A stretch of 64,000 nt of DNA from contig JBJECY010000081.1 in NCBI GenBank assembly GCA_051871515.1, forward strand, positions 15,894 through 79,893. The letters run 5' to 3'. A model generated the notes under the pieces. It searched no databases, was not told the origin of the DNA, and saw only the letters and a program-made list of their open reading frames with translations. Origin of the DNA: Muribaculaceae bacterium (GTDB taxonomy: Bacteria; Bacteroidota; Bacteroidia; Bacteroidales; Muribaculaceae). The first letter of the stretch is position 1, and the number at the start of each line of letters is the position of its first letter. Shown one piece after another: positions 37,926 to 47,898 of the stretch. Made by a program: the position numbers and the translations under genes.

Positions 37926-40409
37926 TTATTGCTTCACTATGCGTTGCACAGCGCAATTGCCGCCGGTGGTGGTCACTTTCATCACATAGATGCCGGGTGT
38001 TAGGTGGCTTATGTTGATGGTGGTTTGGTTGCTGTGCACTGACGGCATGTGCAACACTTCACTGCCTGAGATGGCAAAGATGCTTATTTGCTCAATGTTG
38101 TCAGGACAGTTAATGTTCACTTGGTCTTGTGCCGGATTGGGATAAACCGAGATTTCTTCGTTGTTGCTTTGGCTGAGAATGTTCTCAATGCCCGAGTTTG
38201 AGCCAACAGTGAAATCTTTTAGCGCCGTGAGTTTCTCGCAGCGGTTGTTGTTGTAGTTGAAGATGGCTGCCTGATAGGTCATTCCCACTTCACCCTTTTT
38301 GAATGGCACGTTGAAGTTGATAACCTTGGTTTCTCCTGGTGTAAGGTCGAAGATTTCCGACGAGCCGTAGCAAATCGACGTGCCACCATAGCGATAGATA
38401 TAAGCATCAAGTGCACCATTGAAATATCCGCCTGAGCAGGTCACGCGGGCAGTCATCTGCACGTTGGCGGCATCAACGTTGTAGGAATCTTTTATGGTGA
38501 AGATGCCCACTGAAAGTGAGTAGAGTCCGGTATCTTCTTTAATGGTGATTTCTTGTTTTTCGCCCACCGGGTTGCCGCTGTTGTCAATCACGCCAAAGTA
38601 ATAAGTGCCGGCGGTAATGGTGCTTGGCAGCGTGTTTATGAGCGTGTGGGTGGTGGTTTGCGATGTGGCAATCTCATATATCTCGGGCTTACCCTTGCTC
38701 ACCACGTTGTCTTCTGAATCGTAAATCACCGGATAGATGCGGTTACAGTAGTCGAGCCCTGAATTGCTTATTGACACCGTCACCGAGTAATTGTTGCCTT
38801 TATACAGACGGGTGTTGAAAGTGGCGCTTTCAAGGTTGAGGTGGGTGAGCACCACATCGGGCTCGGTGAAGGTGATTGAGCCGTCGGCAACGGTCATGTT
38901 GAGATATGGCATCTTGCCGTATTGCACAAAGGCTTTGTTATAGAGGTTGTGCGACACGTCGTAGATGGCAGGATAAACCACATAAGTGCCGTTGGCAAGC
39001 TTTTGCCTGATTTCGTTTGAGCTAACTTTTAGATTGTCGTTAAGCGCATAGTAATAGCCGGTTTTGATGTTGGTGTAAACCTGGCTGTTGATGTAGGTTT
39101 GGGCGTTGGTCTCGGTGTTCACAGCCATGATGCCCAGTTTCATCAGGTTCCATGTGCGGTAGATGTTGGCTGTGAAATAGCCGGTCATGGGGAAGGTGAT
39201 GGTGTGGTCGGCGCTTGTGTCGATGGTGTAAACATCGGGCACAAAATTGCCGTAAACGGCACCTTCAATGGTTGGGCTGCCGCCCTCGTCGGGCTTTATA
39301 TTATAAACAATGTCAATGCCGCTGCTATAACCGTCCTCGCTGCCGCCAATGCCTTGCTCGGTGGGATTGAGCGCCGATAGCTTGAAGTAGCCGTCGTCGA
39401 GTCCGCACCAGCCCCAGTTGATGTGGAAAAAGTTGTCGCGGTCATATCCGTCGCACACAAAGGCGTGTCCGGCTTTGGTGTTAAAACCGCTCATGTGCAC
39501 CACTCGGTTGTTTTGCAACTCGTTGTAGATGAGTGTGTTCCATTCGTCTATGCCATAAAACTCGCGCAGTGTGTAGCGCACGCTTTTGTCATAGCCAAAA
39601 TAGTTGGCGAGCGACTTTTGCACCTCGAGGGTTGCTGCGCCCGAAGTGGCGCCATAAGCCAGACTGCACGATGCTCCGCAGTGATACAACAATTGCGCCA
39701 CAGCCTGTTTTTGCTCCTCGTTGGCACCTGAGTCATACACGTTGAGCATATTGTTCCAGTCGTATGTGGCTTGGCTGAAGTCAACCGATATTTCGGTGCT
39801 TGTGCCATAGATATTGGTGGTGTAAGTGAAGCTTCCTGTGCCTGTTGGCGGCCAGTTGTGGTGTTTCATCACCTGTGCCATAGCGGTGGCGGTGCAGCCG
39901 GTGACGCAGTTGCCACCGCTGCCGGTGGGTGGGCACATGTTGTTGAATGGTGTGCTCTGGCCCCATCGTGTGGCGCAAAGCGGCGCAATGGGTGCGCGCT
40001 CATCGGCTTGCTCGGTTGTTGCCGATGCGGCGCTCAGGTTGTTGGCTACGGCATAGTCAATTTCTTTGGCATACTCGCCAAAAAGCACCTGCATGCCGGG
40101 AGGTATGTTATTGGGGTCGAAAGAGCCGTTGCTGCTATAACCGAGCACAGGCATGGCATTGTCGTGAGCCGACATTATCACAAAGCCCCCGTTTGAACCG
40201 CTGTTTATAACATAGAAATTGGTCAGATTGTTGCTGCTGTGGGTGTAGGCAAGCTGCATTTCGCCAGTTTGCGCCACCGATTTCATGCGACTATTGGTGC
40301 GCACAAATCGCTGTGCTCCTGCAATAGCCTCTTCAACGCTTAGTTGTCGTGCCGATGTTGAAAACCAAGCTCCAAGCAATAATGTTAGGATAAATAACTT
40401 TTTCATCAA
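37926..40409 (-). CDS. C10-family (streptopain-like) cysteine protease with T9SS C-terminal sorting domain (PrtT/interpain-like)
   Basis: N-terminal Spi-type propeptide (SVEEAIAGAQRFV...FYVINSGSNGGFVIMSAHD). Catalytic Cys context GCTATAMAQVMKHHNWP and catalytic His context GHAFVCDGYD. C-terminal ISVYPNPAQDQVNI...LTPGIYVMKV is a Por/T9SS CTD. Confidence 0.85.
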   Translation of the reverse strand: MMKKLFILTLLLGAWFSTSARQLSVEEAIAGAQRFVRTNSRMKSVAQTGEMQLAYTHSSNNLTNFYVINSGSNGGFVIMSAHDNAMPVLGYSSNGSFDPNNIPPGMQVLFGEYAKEIDYAVANNLSAASATTEQADERAPIAPLCATRWGQSTPFNNMCPPTGSGGNCVTGCTATAMAQVMKHHNWPPTGTGSFTYTTNIYGTSTEISVDFSQATYDWNNMLNVYDSGANEEQKQAVAQLLYHCGASCSLAYGATSGAATLEVQKSLANYFGYDKSVRYTLREFYGIDEWNTLIYNELQNNRVVHMSGFNTKAGHAFVCDGYDRDNFFHINWGWCGLDDGYFKLSALNPTEQGIGGSEDGYSSGIDIVYNIKPDEGGSPTIEGAVYGNFVPDVYTIDTSADHTITFPMTGYFTANIYRTWNLMKLGIMAVNTETNAQTYINSQVYTNIKTGYYYALNDNLKVSSNEIRQKLANGTYVVYPAIYDVSHNLYNKAFVQYGKMPYLNMTVADGSITFTEPDVVLTHLNLESATFNTRLYKGNNYSVTVSISNSGLDYCNRIYPVIYDSEDNVVSKGKPEIYEIATSQTTTHTLINTLPSTITAGTYYFGVIDNSGNPVGEKQEITIKEDTGLYSLSVGIFTIKDSYNVDAANVQMTARVTCSGGYFNGALDAYIYRYGGTSICYGSSEIFDLTPGETKVINFNVPFKKGEVGMTYQAAIFNYNNNRCEKLTALKDFTVGSNSGIENILSQSNNEEISVYPNPAQDQVNINCPDNIEQISIFAISGSEVLHMPSVHSNQTTINISHLTPGIYVMKVTTTGGNCAVQRIVKQ

Positions 40410-40753
40410 TTGTTAAGTAAATTAATAGTTTAAGTGTTGTTTTACGCAAATAATGCATTTTTTTCTCGTTTGGCATAGGCAATACAAAACGGTTGATGTA
40501 GTCAATTCGCTATATGTGATTGCACATTTTGTCAAACTACTTCAAAAGTAATAACATTATGCCATAAAATAATGTTGTGAAACACCATCAGAGCTGCGTT
40601 TTAATATCTTTTAACGCATTTTGTTTAAATTGAAAACAAGCACCTTTCTGCGGCAAAAGCGCCATAGCAGCACAAAAGCCCTGCGGGCGCAGTGCTCGCA
40701 AGGCTTTGAAATGTGTTTGTGAGGTTATATACCCTCGCAGGAGGGGGTAACTC

Positions 40754-43165
40754 TCAGCGTTTTATCACTTGTGGAGTGCCTCGGGTTACGAAACGCACGC
40801 TCACCTCTGGGTCGCTGTCATCGTCGCGGTTGCACGAGAATGCCACGTGCGACTCACCCTCGGCAATCAGTGCTTTGCCTTGGGGTTTCACTTGGCTCAG
40901 CAGATTGAAGTTCTTGTCGGTGATTTGTGCTGTGCCGTCTTGTTCAAGAATCAGGTATTGACCTGACTCAATGGTACATTCAAACGATATTGCGCCATCG
41001 TCGGTGGCAAAGCGCGGGTTTGAAATGGCGCCGTCGCCTTCAACTCTCAGATAGAGTGCATAAGCTCCTTTGTGGGCTTTCACGCTCCAGTCGGCACCGC
41101 CGGGTTGTCCCGGTTGCAACTCGCCAAGCGAGCAGTGGAATGGCTTGGTGATGATTACGGGATAGAGGTTGAATGTGTTGTCGTCAATCTTTTCAAGATG
41201 CCATTCGGTGGCAGGGTCTTTGAGCTGTTGCATCTGCTCAGGGGTGAAGCGATTTTCTTCGCGTAGCAAGTCCCAGTTTTTGATGGCTGTGAGCAGTTGG
41301 TCAATGCGTCCGTGCTTTTGCAGCGTTTTCACGTTTATGGTCATGCCATATCCGGCATCAAAGCCTGCTGCCTCGGCAAGCGCCCATTCAAGGTCCTCGA
41401 GCGTGGTGCACTCAAACTTGCGGTCGGCAAGGCGAATGAGGAACCATCCCAGCATGCGCGGAAACAGGTTTCGCTTGAAAAACTCCTGGTTTTTGATGCG
41501 GTTTTCAACCTGTCCCGCTCTCATGGCTTCGCCCCAAGGCTCACCCCAGTTCATGCGGGTGTTGAAGTGCCATGAATAGTGATGAAAATTGCTTGCATCG
41601 TTGAGCACATTGTGATTGAGTGCACGTGCAAAGGTGTCAACAAAGCGCATTGGCGCGTAGATGTCTTGACCGGTGTAGCAGCAGCCTTCAAGGCCGTCGA
41701 ACGAGATTTGTTTCAGTCCGGTTTTGTTGAATTTCTCGGCAAGGCGCGTTGCAAACTCGTCTTGCAACTTGAGGTCGGGGAACAAGGTTTTGTAGGGGTA
41801 ATCCCACAGTTTATAGAGTTTCGACTTTTGCGAGTGGGCTGCTGCGGTGGTGCCAAAAGCACCGCGTTTGCATTTTTCAAGCACCATATTGTCACCTTGT
41901 TCCACCACGTTGCCAAAGGTGATTAGCTCCTTGTCAATCATCATGGCGTTGAGGGTCATGGGCACGCTGAAAAGGTGAGATTTCTTTATGCTTATGGTGG
42001 TTTGCTCACTGTCGATGTCGCTGTTCAGCACCAGTTCGCCCTGCTTCAGCAGATGTTCTGATGGCACCGGAGTGACATAGGCATCGTTGGTGGTGGTGAA
42101 GTTGGTGAGTGTGTGCACACCCACGGCAATGCCGTGCTGAGCGGCTTTGTCAACCAGCGCTTTCACGCCCTCGTCGCCGTTGCTCACAAACCCTTTGTCC
42201 CAGTTGAAATGACCCCAGTCTTCAAATGGGCCGGAGTGGTAGATGTATTTAAACCCTGCTATGTCTGATTTCTCGAGAACAAAATCAATGTCTTTTTCCG
42301 AGAAGTTTGAAATCAGATAAGAGCGCATGGCGCTGCGAGCCGTTTTACCCCATTCGCCGTCGAACATGGGGTGAGGCAGCCCTTGTTCAACCTCCAGTTT
42401 GCCAATGTGAGCCAAAGCATCGGCAGCCATGCTGCCAAACACAGCCAGCTTAGCGCCTTTTATCAGGGCATCATTGCCCTCCACGGGCAGCACCAGTGCA
42501 TCGTGCAGCTGGTTCACTTGCCTTAATTCGCGGCGAGTGCGGTTGCGGCAGTTGAAGTGAAACACAGCGCCGTCGGCAACGTCAACCGCCGCTAACTGAT
42601 GGCTTGGCACAACGCCCACCGAGAGCTGCGCATTGCGGCCCAGGCAGTTGTAGGTGGTGTTATACGGCTCAACGTATTCGGCAGGCAGACCCGACACCGT
42701 TTTGATGTTGAGTGCCTGGAATCCAAGTGCAACATCGTTGCCTTGAGCCACACCCACCACGTCGCCCACCACATCGTGGATGTTGACCTTAACAGGGCCA
42801 AACACCACGGCATCGTAGGCCGAGGGCACATTGGTGATTTCAAAGGTGACGCAAAGGGGCGTGACGCCACATTGCAAGGTGATGCGTTGCTTATCGCTCA
42901 TGGTGAGCTCAAGCGCGTTGCCGGTAGCGCGCATCGTGGCAGGCGTAATCACCTTACCGCCGGCGCAAGCAGTGATAAGGGCATAGTCAGAGCCGCTCAA
43001 CAGCTCTTTGCCATTGACTTTGATTGAGTTATAATATCCTTTTTCTGAAATGTTTAGTTCCAAAAGCCCCGATTTGAAAACCTTGCTTTGGGCAACGGCG
43101 GCAAAACACATCACACAACATAGAAACAGCCCCAATTGGCGTTTCGCAAAACACATTATTTTCAT
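40754..43165 (-). CDS. Secreted protein of unknown function, paralog of the 16893-19172 product
   Basis: 803 aa with signal peptide ...CFAAVAQS. Shared colinear blocks are listed in the findings. Confidence 0.6.
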   Translation of the reverse strand: MKIMCFAKRQLGLFLCCVMCFAAVAQSKVFKSGLLELNISEKGYYNSIKVNGKELLSGSDYALITACAGGKVITPATMRATGNALELTMSDKQRITLQCGVTPLCVTFEITNVPSAYDAVVFGPVKVNIHDVVGDVVGVAQGNDVALGFQALNIKTVSGLPAEYVEPYNTTYNCLGRNAQLSVGVVPSHQLAAVDVADGAVFHFNCRNRTRRELRQVNQLHDALVLPVEGNDALIKGAKLAVFGSMAADALAHIGKLEVEQGLPHPMFDGEWGKTARSAMRSYLISNFSEKDIDFVLEKSDIAGFKYIYHSGPFEDWGHFNWDKGFVSNGDEGVKALVDKAAQHGIAVGVHTLTNFTTTNDAYVTPVPSEHLLKQGELVLNSDIDSEQTTISIKKSHLFSVPMTLNAMMIDKELITFGNVVEQGDNMVLEKCKRGAFGTTAAAHSQKSKLYKLWDYPYKTLFPDLKLQDEFATRLAEKFNKTGLKQISFDGLEGCCYTGQDIYAPMRFVDTFARALNHNVLNDASNFHHYSWHFNTRMNWGEPWGEAMRAGQVENRIKNQEFFKRNLFPRMLGWFLIRLADRKFECTTLEDLEWALAEAAGFDAGYGMTINVKTLQKHGRIDQLLTAIKNWDLLREENRFTPEQMQQLKDPATEWHLEKIDDNTFNLYPVIITKPFHCSLGELQPGQPGGADWSVKAHKGAYALYLRVEGDGAISNPRFATDDGAISFECTIESGQYLILEQDGTAQITDKNFNLLSQVKPQGKALIAEGESHVAFSCNRDDDSDPEVSVRFVTRGTPQVIKR

Positions 43166-43383
43166 GAGTTAAGTATAAAATAGGTTTATTTACGGGCAAA
43201 GTTATACACATTATCACACATTACAAAAAATATTTGCAAAATCATTTTCATGAAATGTGATGGGCTTGATGCCAAGTGCGTGCCGCATGCCAATGAAAAA
43301 AGCATATCCATTAACCTGTTGAGGATTAATGAATATGCTCAGCAAATATTTTATTTATATCACTCGGTTAAGAGTGGCGCGGT

Positions 43384-44622
43384 TCATTGCTTGGCGCGGC
43401 GCAACATATAGAGTGCAAATGCCCACACAATGAGGAATGTGGCAAGTGGCACCACAAATGCCAAAGTGATTGACAATGCGTCGGCAACGTAGCCCAGAGC
43501 CAACGGACCGATGGCACCGCCCACCACGCTCATCATCAAGATTGAAGAAGCTTTCTCGGTGTCGGCACCCAAGCCGCGTATCGAGAGGGCAAAGATGGTG
43601 GGGAACATGAGGCTTTCAAACAGATAGGTGAGCACAAGCGCCAGCTTCGACACTATGCCGAGTGGTGCTATCACCGCCAACATCATCAGCACGGTGCCGC
43701 AAGCGCAAATGAAGAACACTTTCTCGGTGGCTACGCGGGTCATGATGAAGCTGCTTAAGAATCGGCCTAACATAAACAACATCAATCCGCCAAACGAAAG
43801 CGCCCAAGTGGCTTGCGACGGAGTGAGGAAGTCGTCGTCGGTCATATAATTAATAAAGAATGTGTTGATTGAGATTTCTGAGATTTCGTAGCTCAGGAGT
43901 GCCACAAAGCCAAAGATGAACGTGAAGCCAAGGCCTTTTTTCACCTTGCTGCCCACCTCTGACGGGGTGCTTTGCTGTTCAAGAATCACCTCAGGCAGTT
44001 TCACGCGCGAGAACACTATAGCCACCAGCACCACAAACACCGCAATGGTGCAATAGGGCACTGCAATGTTGATGTCGTCGCCGCTTCTGGTTGAGCCGTC
44101 GCTGAAGAAATATAAGCCGCTGAGCAATGCGCCAAACATGCATCCAAGGCCGTTGAAGGTTTGCGACATATTGATGCGGCTCGATGAGGTGCGGCTGTCG
44201 CCCAGCAGGGTCACATAGGGGTTGGCTGCCGTTTCAAGCAGGCACAAGCCCAATCCGAGCACAAACAGCGGTGCCAGCAACGCCAGCAGTTGGCTCAATG
44301 TTGCCATAGGGATAAACAAGAATGCACCCACGGCAAACAGCAACAGGCCGGCAATCACGCCGCGGCGTGTGCCATAGCGCCGTATTAATATTCCCGCAGG
44401 TATAGCCCCGAGAAAATATGCCATATACACGCTGCATTGTATCAGCGCCGATTCGCCGTAACCGGCTGAAAACTGCATTTGCACATGCTTGTTGAGCACA
44501 TCAAGAATGGCTCTTGCCCCGCCCCAGATGAAAAACAGCGAGGTGATGAGTATAAACGGCACCACATATTGCCGTGCCACCATTGGCACTCTTGTGCCTT
44601 GACTCTTTTGCATTTCTGTCAT
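43384..44622 (-). CDS. Sugar MFS transporter (FucP / glucose-galactose transporter family)
   Basis: 412 aa with about 12 TM segments. The N-terminal VPFILITSLFFIWGGARAILDVLNKH is typical of the FucP/GluP family. Confidence 0.8.
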   Translation of the reverse strand: MTEMQKSQGTRVPMVARQYVVPFILITSLFFIWGGARAILDVLNKHVQMQFSAGYGESALIQCSVYMAYFLGAIPAGILIRRYGTRRGVIAGLLLFAVGAFLFIPMATLSQLLALLAPLFVLGLGLCLLETAANPYVTLLGDSRTSSSRINMSQTFNGLGCMFGALLSGLYFFSDGSTRSGDDINIAVPYCTIAVFVVLVAIVFSRVKLPEVILEQQSTPSEVGSKVKKGLGFTFIFGFVALLSYEISEISINTFFINYMTDDDFLTPSQATWALSFGGLMLFMLGRFLSSFIMTRVATEKVFFICACGTVLMMLAVIAPLGIVSKLALVLTYLFESLMFPTIFALSIRGLGADTEKASSILMMSVVGGAIGPLALGYVADALSITLAFVVPLATFLIVWAFALYMLRRAKQ

Positions 44623-44645
44623 GGTTTTTTGTGTTATTATTTATG

Positions 44646-44677
44646 CAAATGTAGCAAACTTAATCTTTTCCACCAAA
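44646..44677 (-). promoter_or_regulatory. Canonical Bacteroidota promoter for the MFS gene
   Basis: -7 caaatgta (reverse complement TAcaTTTG, 44646-44653) and -33 caaa (reverse complement TTTG, 44674-44677), with a 20-nt spacer. Confidence 0.5.
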
Positions 44678-44740
44678 TATTTCAACATTTCACTCTATGC
44701 AGCATTAAATGGCGAAATTTCGCTAAAATGTTTGATTATG

Positions 44741-44771
44741 TTTGATAATTTCACTTTGTTCATTAAATTTG
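44741..44771 (+). promoter_or_regulatory. Canonical Bacteroidota promoter for the three-gene orphan operon
   Basis: -33 TTTG (44741-44744), a 19-nt spacer, then -7 TAaaTTTG (44764-44771), 32 nt upstream of ATG 44803. Confidence 0.5.
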
Positions 44772-44802
44772 CAATAGGGAAAAACAAAAAACAGTATGAA
44801 TT

Positions 44803-45780
44803 ATGGAAGGTATGAATGTAATTTATAATTTTGATGAGTTTTTGAATAGTTGGATTTACACTCCCAAACATCAGTTAACCGATAAACAGGTTTCTAATGG
44901 TATCAGTGGTTATTTTTGGGGACAATTATTTTCAAACATTATCTGCGGATATATTTCTCGAAAAGGTGCTAAAACAGATTCCGAGAAACGCTGCGAGTTT
45001 CAAGAAGAGATTAATAAACTAAACCAGAATTGGCAGAATGAACGTACCAATCTTGAGATTGAGGCGATGCGTTGTCTTGCCCAAGATGGCATTAAGCATC
45101 ATCAGGAATATAGCACAGCTCTGCACAAATCAGAAGCATGGCGCACTGAGTTTGATGATTACTGCGCTGCCGGGTGGGGCTTCCGCCCGTCGGTTTCAGC
45201 CGTTTTGCAGTCGCATTTGCGCCCTGATTGCAATGAGTTGGGCACTTTTCAGATGAACATCATGATTGCTCAAACCGTTGTGCTCTCGCAAATTTGCAAA
45301 AGCTCAGCCACAAACTATTTGGCATTTTGCCAAGATATGAAGATGATGCTGATGCCAGCATGCAACGGCTTCAGCGGTAAGTGGATAAATGCCTGGAACC
45401 GTACCTCGTCAAACGGATTAGTTGATGCCTTGAAGCTTCACTATCTGCTTCAGGGGCAGCCCACAGTGATACTGTTTGTTGATAAAGACAACCTCGGAAA
45501 TCTCACTTGTGAATGTGCCATTTGGCACTTCATTGTTGGCAAGAGCGATTTTCTCACCAAACGTCTGTGTAGCTTCCCAATTGGCGATGCTCCGCTTGAG
45601 GGTGCCAAACAAATGCTACTGGCATGTGCAGCTTATGTGCACGATTGTCATGTGGCTTGCTTTGGCAATGGTGAGAAGAAGGCTTTGCCTGCTATCGACA
45701 ATGCTATCACCATCCCGGAGTTGAAGGCGCACCTTGTTGATTTTAGCGACGATGTTCAGAATCTTTTAGGTGGTAAGTGA
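44803..45780 (+). CDS. Orphan operon gene A: Cys-rich cytoplasmic/peripheral protein with predicted coiled-coil, unknown family
   Basis: 325-aa ORF (alternative ATG 44812) with no signal peptide. Residues about 60-115 are heptad-like and charged. About 14 Cys were counted by eye. Confidence 0.6.
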   Translation: MEGMNVIYNFDEFLNSWIYTPKHQLTDKQVSNGISGYFWGQLFSNIICGYISRKGAKTDSEKRCEFQEEINKLNQNWQNERTNLEIEAMRCLAQDGIKHHQEYSTALHKSEAWRTEFDDYCAAGWGFRPSVSAVLQSHLRPDCNELGTFQMNIMIAQTVVLSQICKSSATNYLAFCQDMKMMLMPACNGFSGKWINAWNRTSSNGLVDALKLHYLLQGQPTVILFVDKDNLGNLTCECAIWHFIVGKSDFLTKRLCSFPIGDAPLEGAKQMLLACAAYVHDCHVACFGNGEKKALPAIDNAITIPELKAHLVDFSDDVQNLLGGK

Positions 45781-45859
45781 GCCGAGTAAATCACCTTGCC
45801 ACGTTTCATCACATTTCTTTAATATTCACACAATCATAAATAATATAGGAGGAAAAAGT

Positions 45860-47842
45860 ATGGATTTTATTACAATAGGTTGCGCAATTTTAATGTTAAC
45901 TGTTCAAGTATGCAATGCATGTGCGGCAAGAAAAAATGCCCTCAAGCTTCAGGAACTTCAGCATAATGCCGAACGTAATTTGGCTAAAGGAAACATTGCT
46001 GCAGCTCGCAGAAACATGATGTTGTTGATGGAAGAACGCGCCAAACTCAGCGAGTTGAGCAGTCAGGCTATGATGAGTCAGCTTAGAGCAGACCATCTGA
46101 TGGCGGTGAGAATGATAGCTGACCGCTATTCTCGCAAAAACTGGCCTTTGCTTGTGCCACCATTGGTGATGCGCAACGATGTGCGCTTTTTTCTCGACAC
46201 AAATCTGCCCGTTAGCTTTGAGCAATATGAGCCTGTGAATGTGCTGTTTGCTCCCTCATGCTGCTTGGCTTTTTCTGAGCAGGTGCAGCCTGCGATTGCC
46301 GCAAAGTTGCAAATGTATTTTGAGCGATATTGGGGCTATGGCTCGGCTCATCAAATAATGTTTTACAACAATTGTTGGGTTGGTGCCAAGGTTGGCGACG
46401 AGACCACGGTGCGTGACATTGAGGCACTCACCGGCACCACTCCATCTATTGTGATTACTCCGCAGGTCAACGACGGCAAACTCTTTCTTTCGCTGTCGCA
46501 CTGGCACTTGGCCACAACCAACGTTGAGGCTTCTCAACACAGCTGCTTTGAGCAGATGATTACTTTGCCAATTGATGGCGTGAACTTCTCAACAGATAAC
46601 TATGCCGAGAGCGATGTTGAGCTTATTGCCAATGAGGCATCGCAAGCCATAGCCTGCTTATGCGGCATGTATGTTGACATTTATGCTTGGAGCCGCTATC
46701 ACACTGCTCCGCTTTTGCCCGGCTTGCTTGCCCGCAATGCTTTTGATTGGGGCAATAAGCAATTGGCTGAGACCAACAAAGCCTATGTGGAATTGCTGAA
46801 ATCGTCGGTTGCTTCAGGTGTTGCTGTGCTTGGAATCCACGATAAGGCGATAGCCGATTTTTGCGTAGCTGTTGATAAACCATTTGGCACCAAGCATTGC
46901 TTGCGCTCGTTGCCCATCTTTGGCTCTAAACTTGGCAAAAAGTTTTTTGCTCCGCTTTTGCCATCAACCCAGGCTTGCATCATAGAGCTGCTTAAGCAGC
47001 ACAACAATCATTATTGCATTGACCGTAAGGTGATAAACCAGCTTCATGCCGACTATGCCATCAACTTGCTGGTGTTGGCTGCCTACGAGCTGATTGACGC
47101 CAGCCCCAATCAGTTACCTTTCACAAATAATGATATCTACGAGGAGAAAGAGGAGTTCTTTTTGTTTGACAAGGCCGATTTGCGCAATCAATTGTTTGGT
47201 ATGGCAAAGGAGGCCATAAACAGCGTTTTCACCGACATTCATTCAACCAACGCAAGCGATTGGCGCGCTTGGGCTCGCTCACGTCTTTGCTATCGCTTTA
47301 AGGAGCCTGAGATGAATTTGATAGCATCAATCATGACCGAATTTAAGCCGCGAGTGAAGACGTGGTTAAACTCACGTTGCGACATGGTTGTTGACCAATG
47401 CTATGCCAATATGAAGGAGCAACTCAGCAACATATTGCCAAATCATGATTCGGTGCTGCACAATGCGAAGAAGATTGTGAGAAACCGCTATGCCGAGAAA
47501 ATTGTTGACATCAACACCGATGAATATATAAAGAATAATGCCGACAGGTTTACCTCGAGTAGAGAGATTTGGGCTGACCGAGTGGCTTACGAGCGCATCT
47601 ACTATTCAGTGTTTGGTTCCGACCATTTGCGTGACACCTATTCAAAAGCGTCGATAGGCTCTTACAACCGCGAGTTGAGAGATGACTCCATATTGGCACT
47701 CTTAATCATGATGCGCAACTTTATGGGAAAGACGTTAGACATCAAGCAACATATTGTTGAGCCTATTGAGGATGATTATACTGGTGGGCATATTGAGTGG
47801 GGACGTGAGGGTGATTTGCCCGGTTGGCCTCGTGACGTATAA
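45860..47842 (+). CDS. Orphan operon gene B: N-terminal TM helix plus coiled-coil, a gene-A-like domain, and a long helical C-terminal region, unknown family
   Basis: 660 aa from ATG 45860 (MDFITIGCAILMLTVQVCNACAA is a TM helix). The ORF-track start at 45770 is a GTG that overlaps gene A. Confidence 0.6.
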   Translation: MDFITIGCAILMLTVQVCNACAARKNALKLQELQHNAERNLAKGNIAAARRNMMLLMEERAKLSELSSQAMMSQLRADHLMAVRMIADRYSRKNWPLLVPPLVMRNDVRFFLDTNLPVSFEQYEPVNVLFAPSCCLAFSEQVQPAIAAKLQMYFERYWGYGSAHQIMFYNNCWVGAKVGDETTVRDIEALTGTTPSIVITPQVNDGKLFLSLSHWHLATTNVEASQHSCFEQMITLPIDGVNFSTDNYAESDVELIANEASQAIACLCGMYVDIYAWSRYHTAPLLPGLLARNAFDWGNKQLAETNKAYVELLKSSVASGVAVLGIHDKAIADFCVAVDKPFGTKHCLRSLPIFGSKLGKKFFAPLLPSTQACIIELLKQHNNHYCIDRKVINQLHADYAINLLVLAAYELIDASPNQLPFTNNDIYEEKEEFFLFDKADLRNQLFGMAKEAINSVFTDIHSTNASDWRAWARSRLCYRFKEPEMNLIASIMTEFKPRVKTWLNSRCDMVVDQCYANMKEQLSNILPNHDSVLHNAKKIVRNRYAEKIVDINTDEYIKNNADRFTSSREIWADRVAYERIYYSVFGSDHLRDTYSKASIGSYNRELRDDSILALLIMMRNFMGKTLDIKQHIVEPIEDDYTGGHIEWGREGDLPGWPRDV

Positions 47843-47898
47843 ATGAAGACTTTAATACATTCAACGAATTGATTAATAACTAAATAATACAAGATAGT

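Noticed and set aside
45770-45859. A 30-codon N-terminal extension of gene B (GTG start overlapping the end of gene A), and the GGAGG just upstream of ATG 45860.
   Set aside because: ATG 45860 gives a clean N-terminal TM helix. Its start context parallels that of gene C, while the extension has no features. I did not interpret the GGAGG as a functional Shine-Dalgarno because Bacteroidota generally do not rely on SD pairing; it may be chance or a trace of foreign origin.
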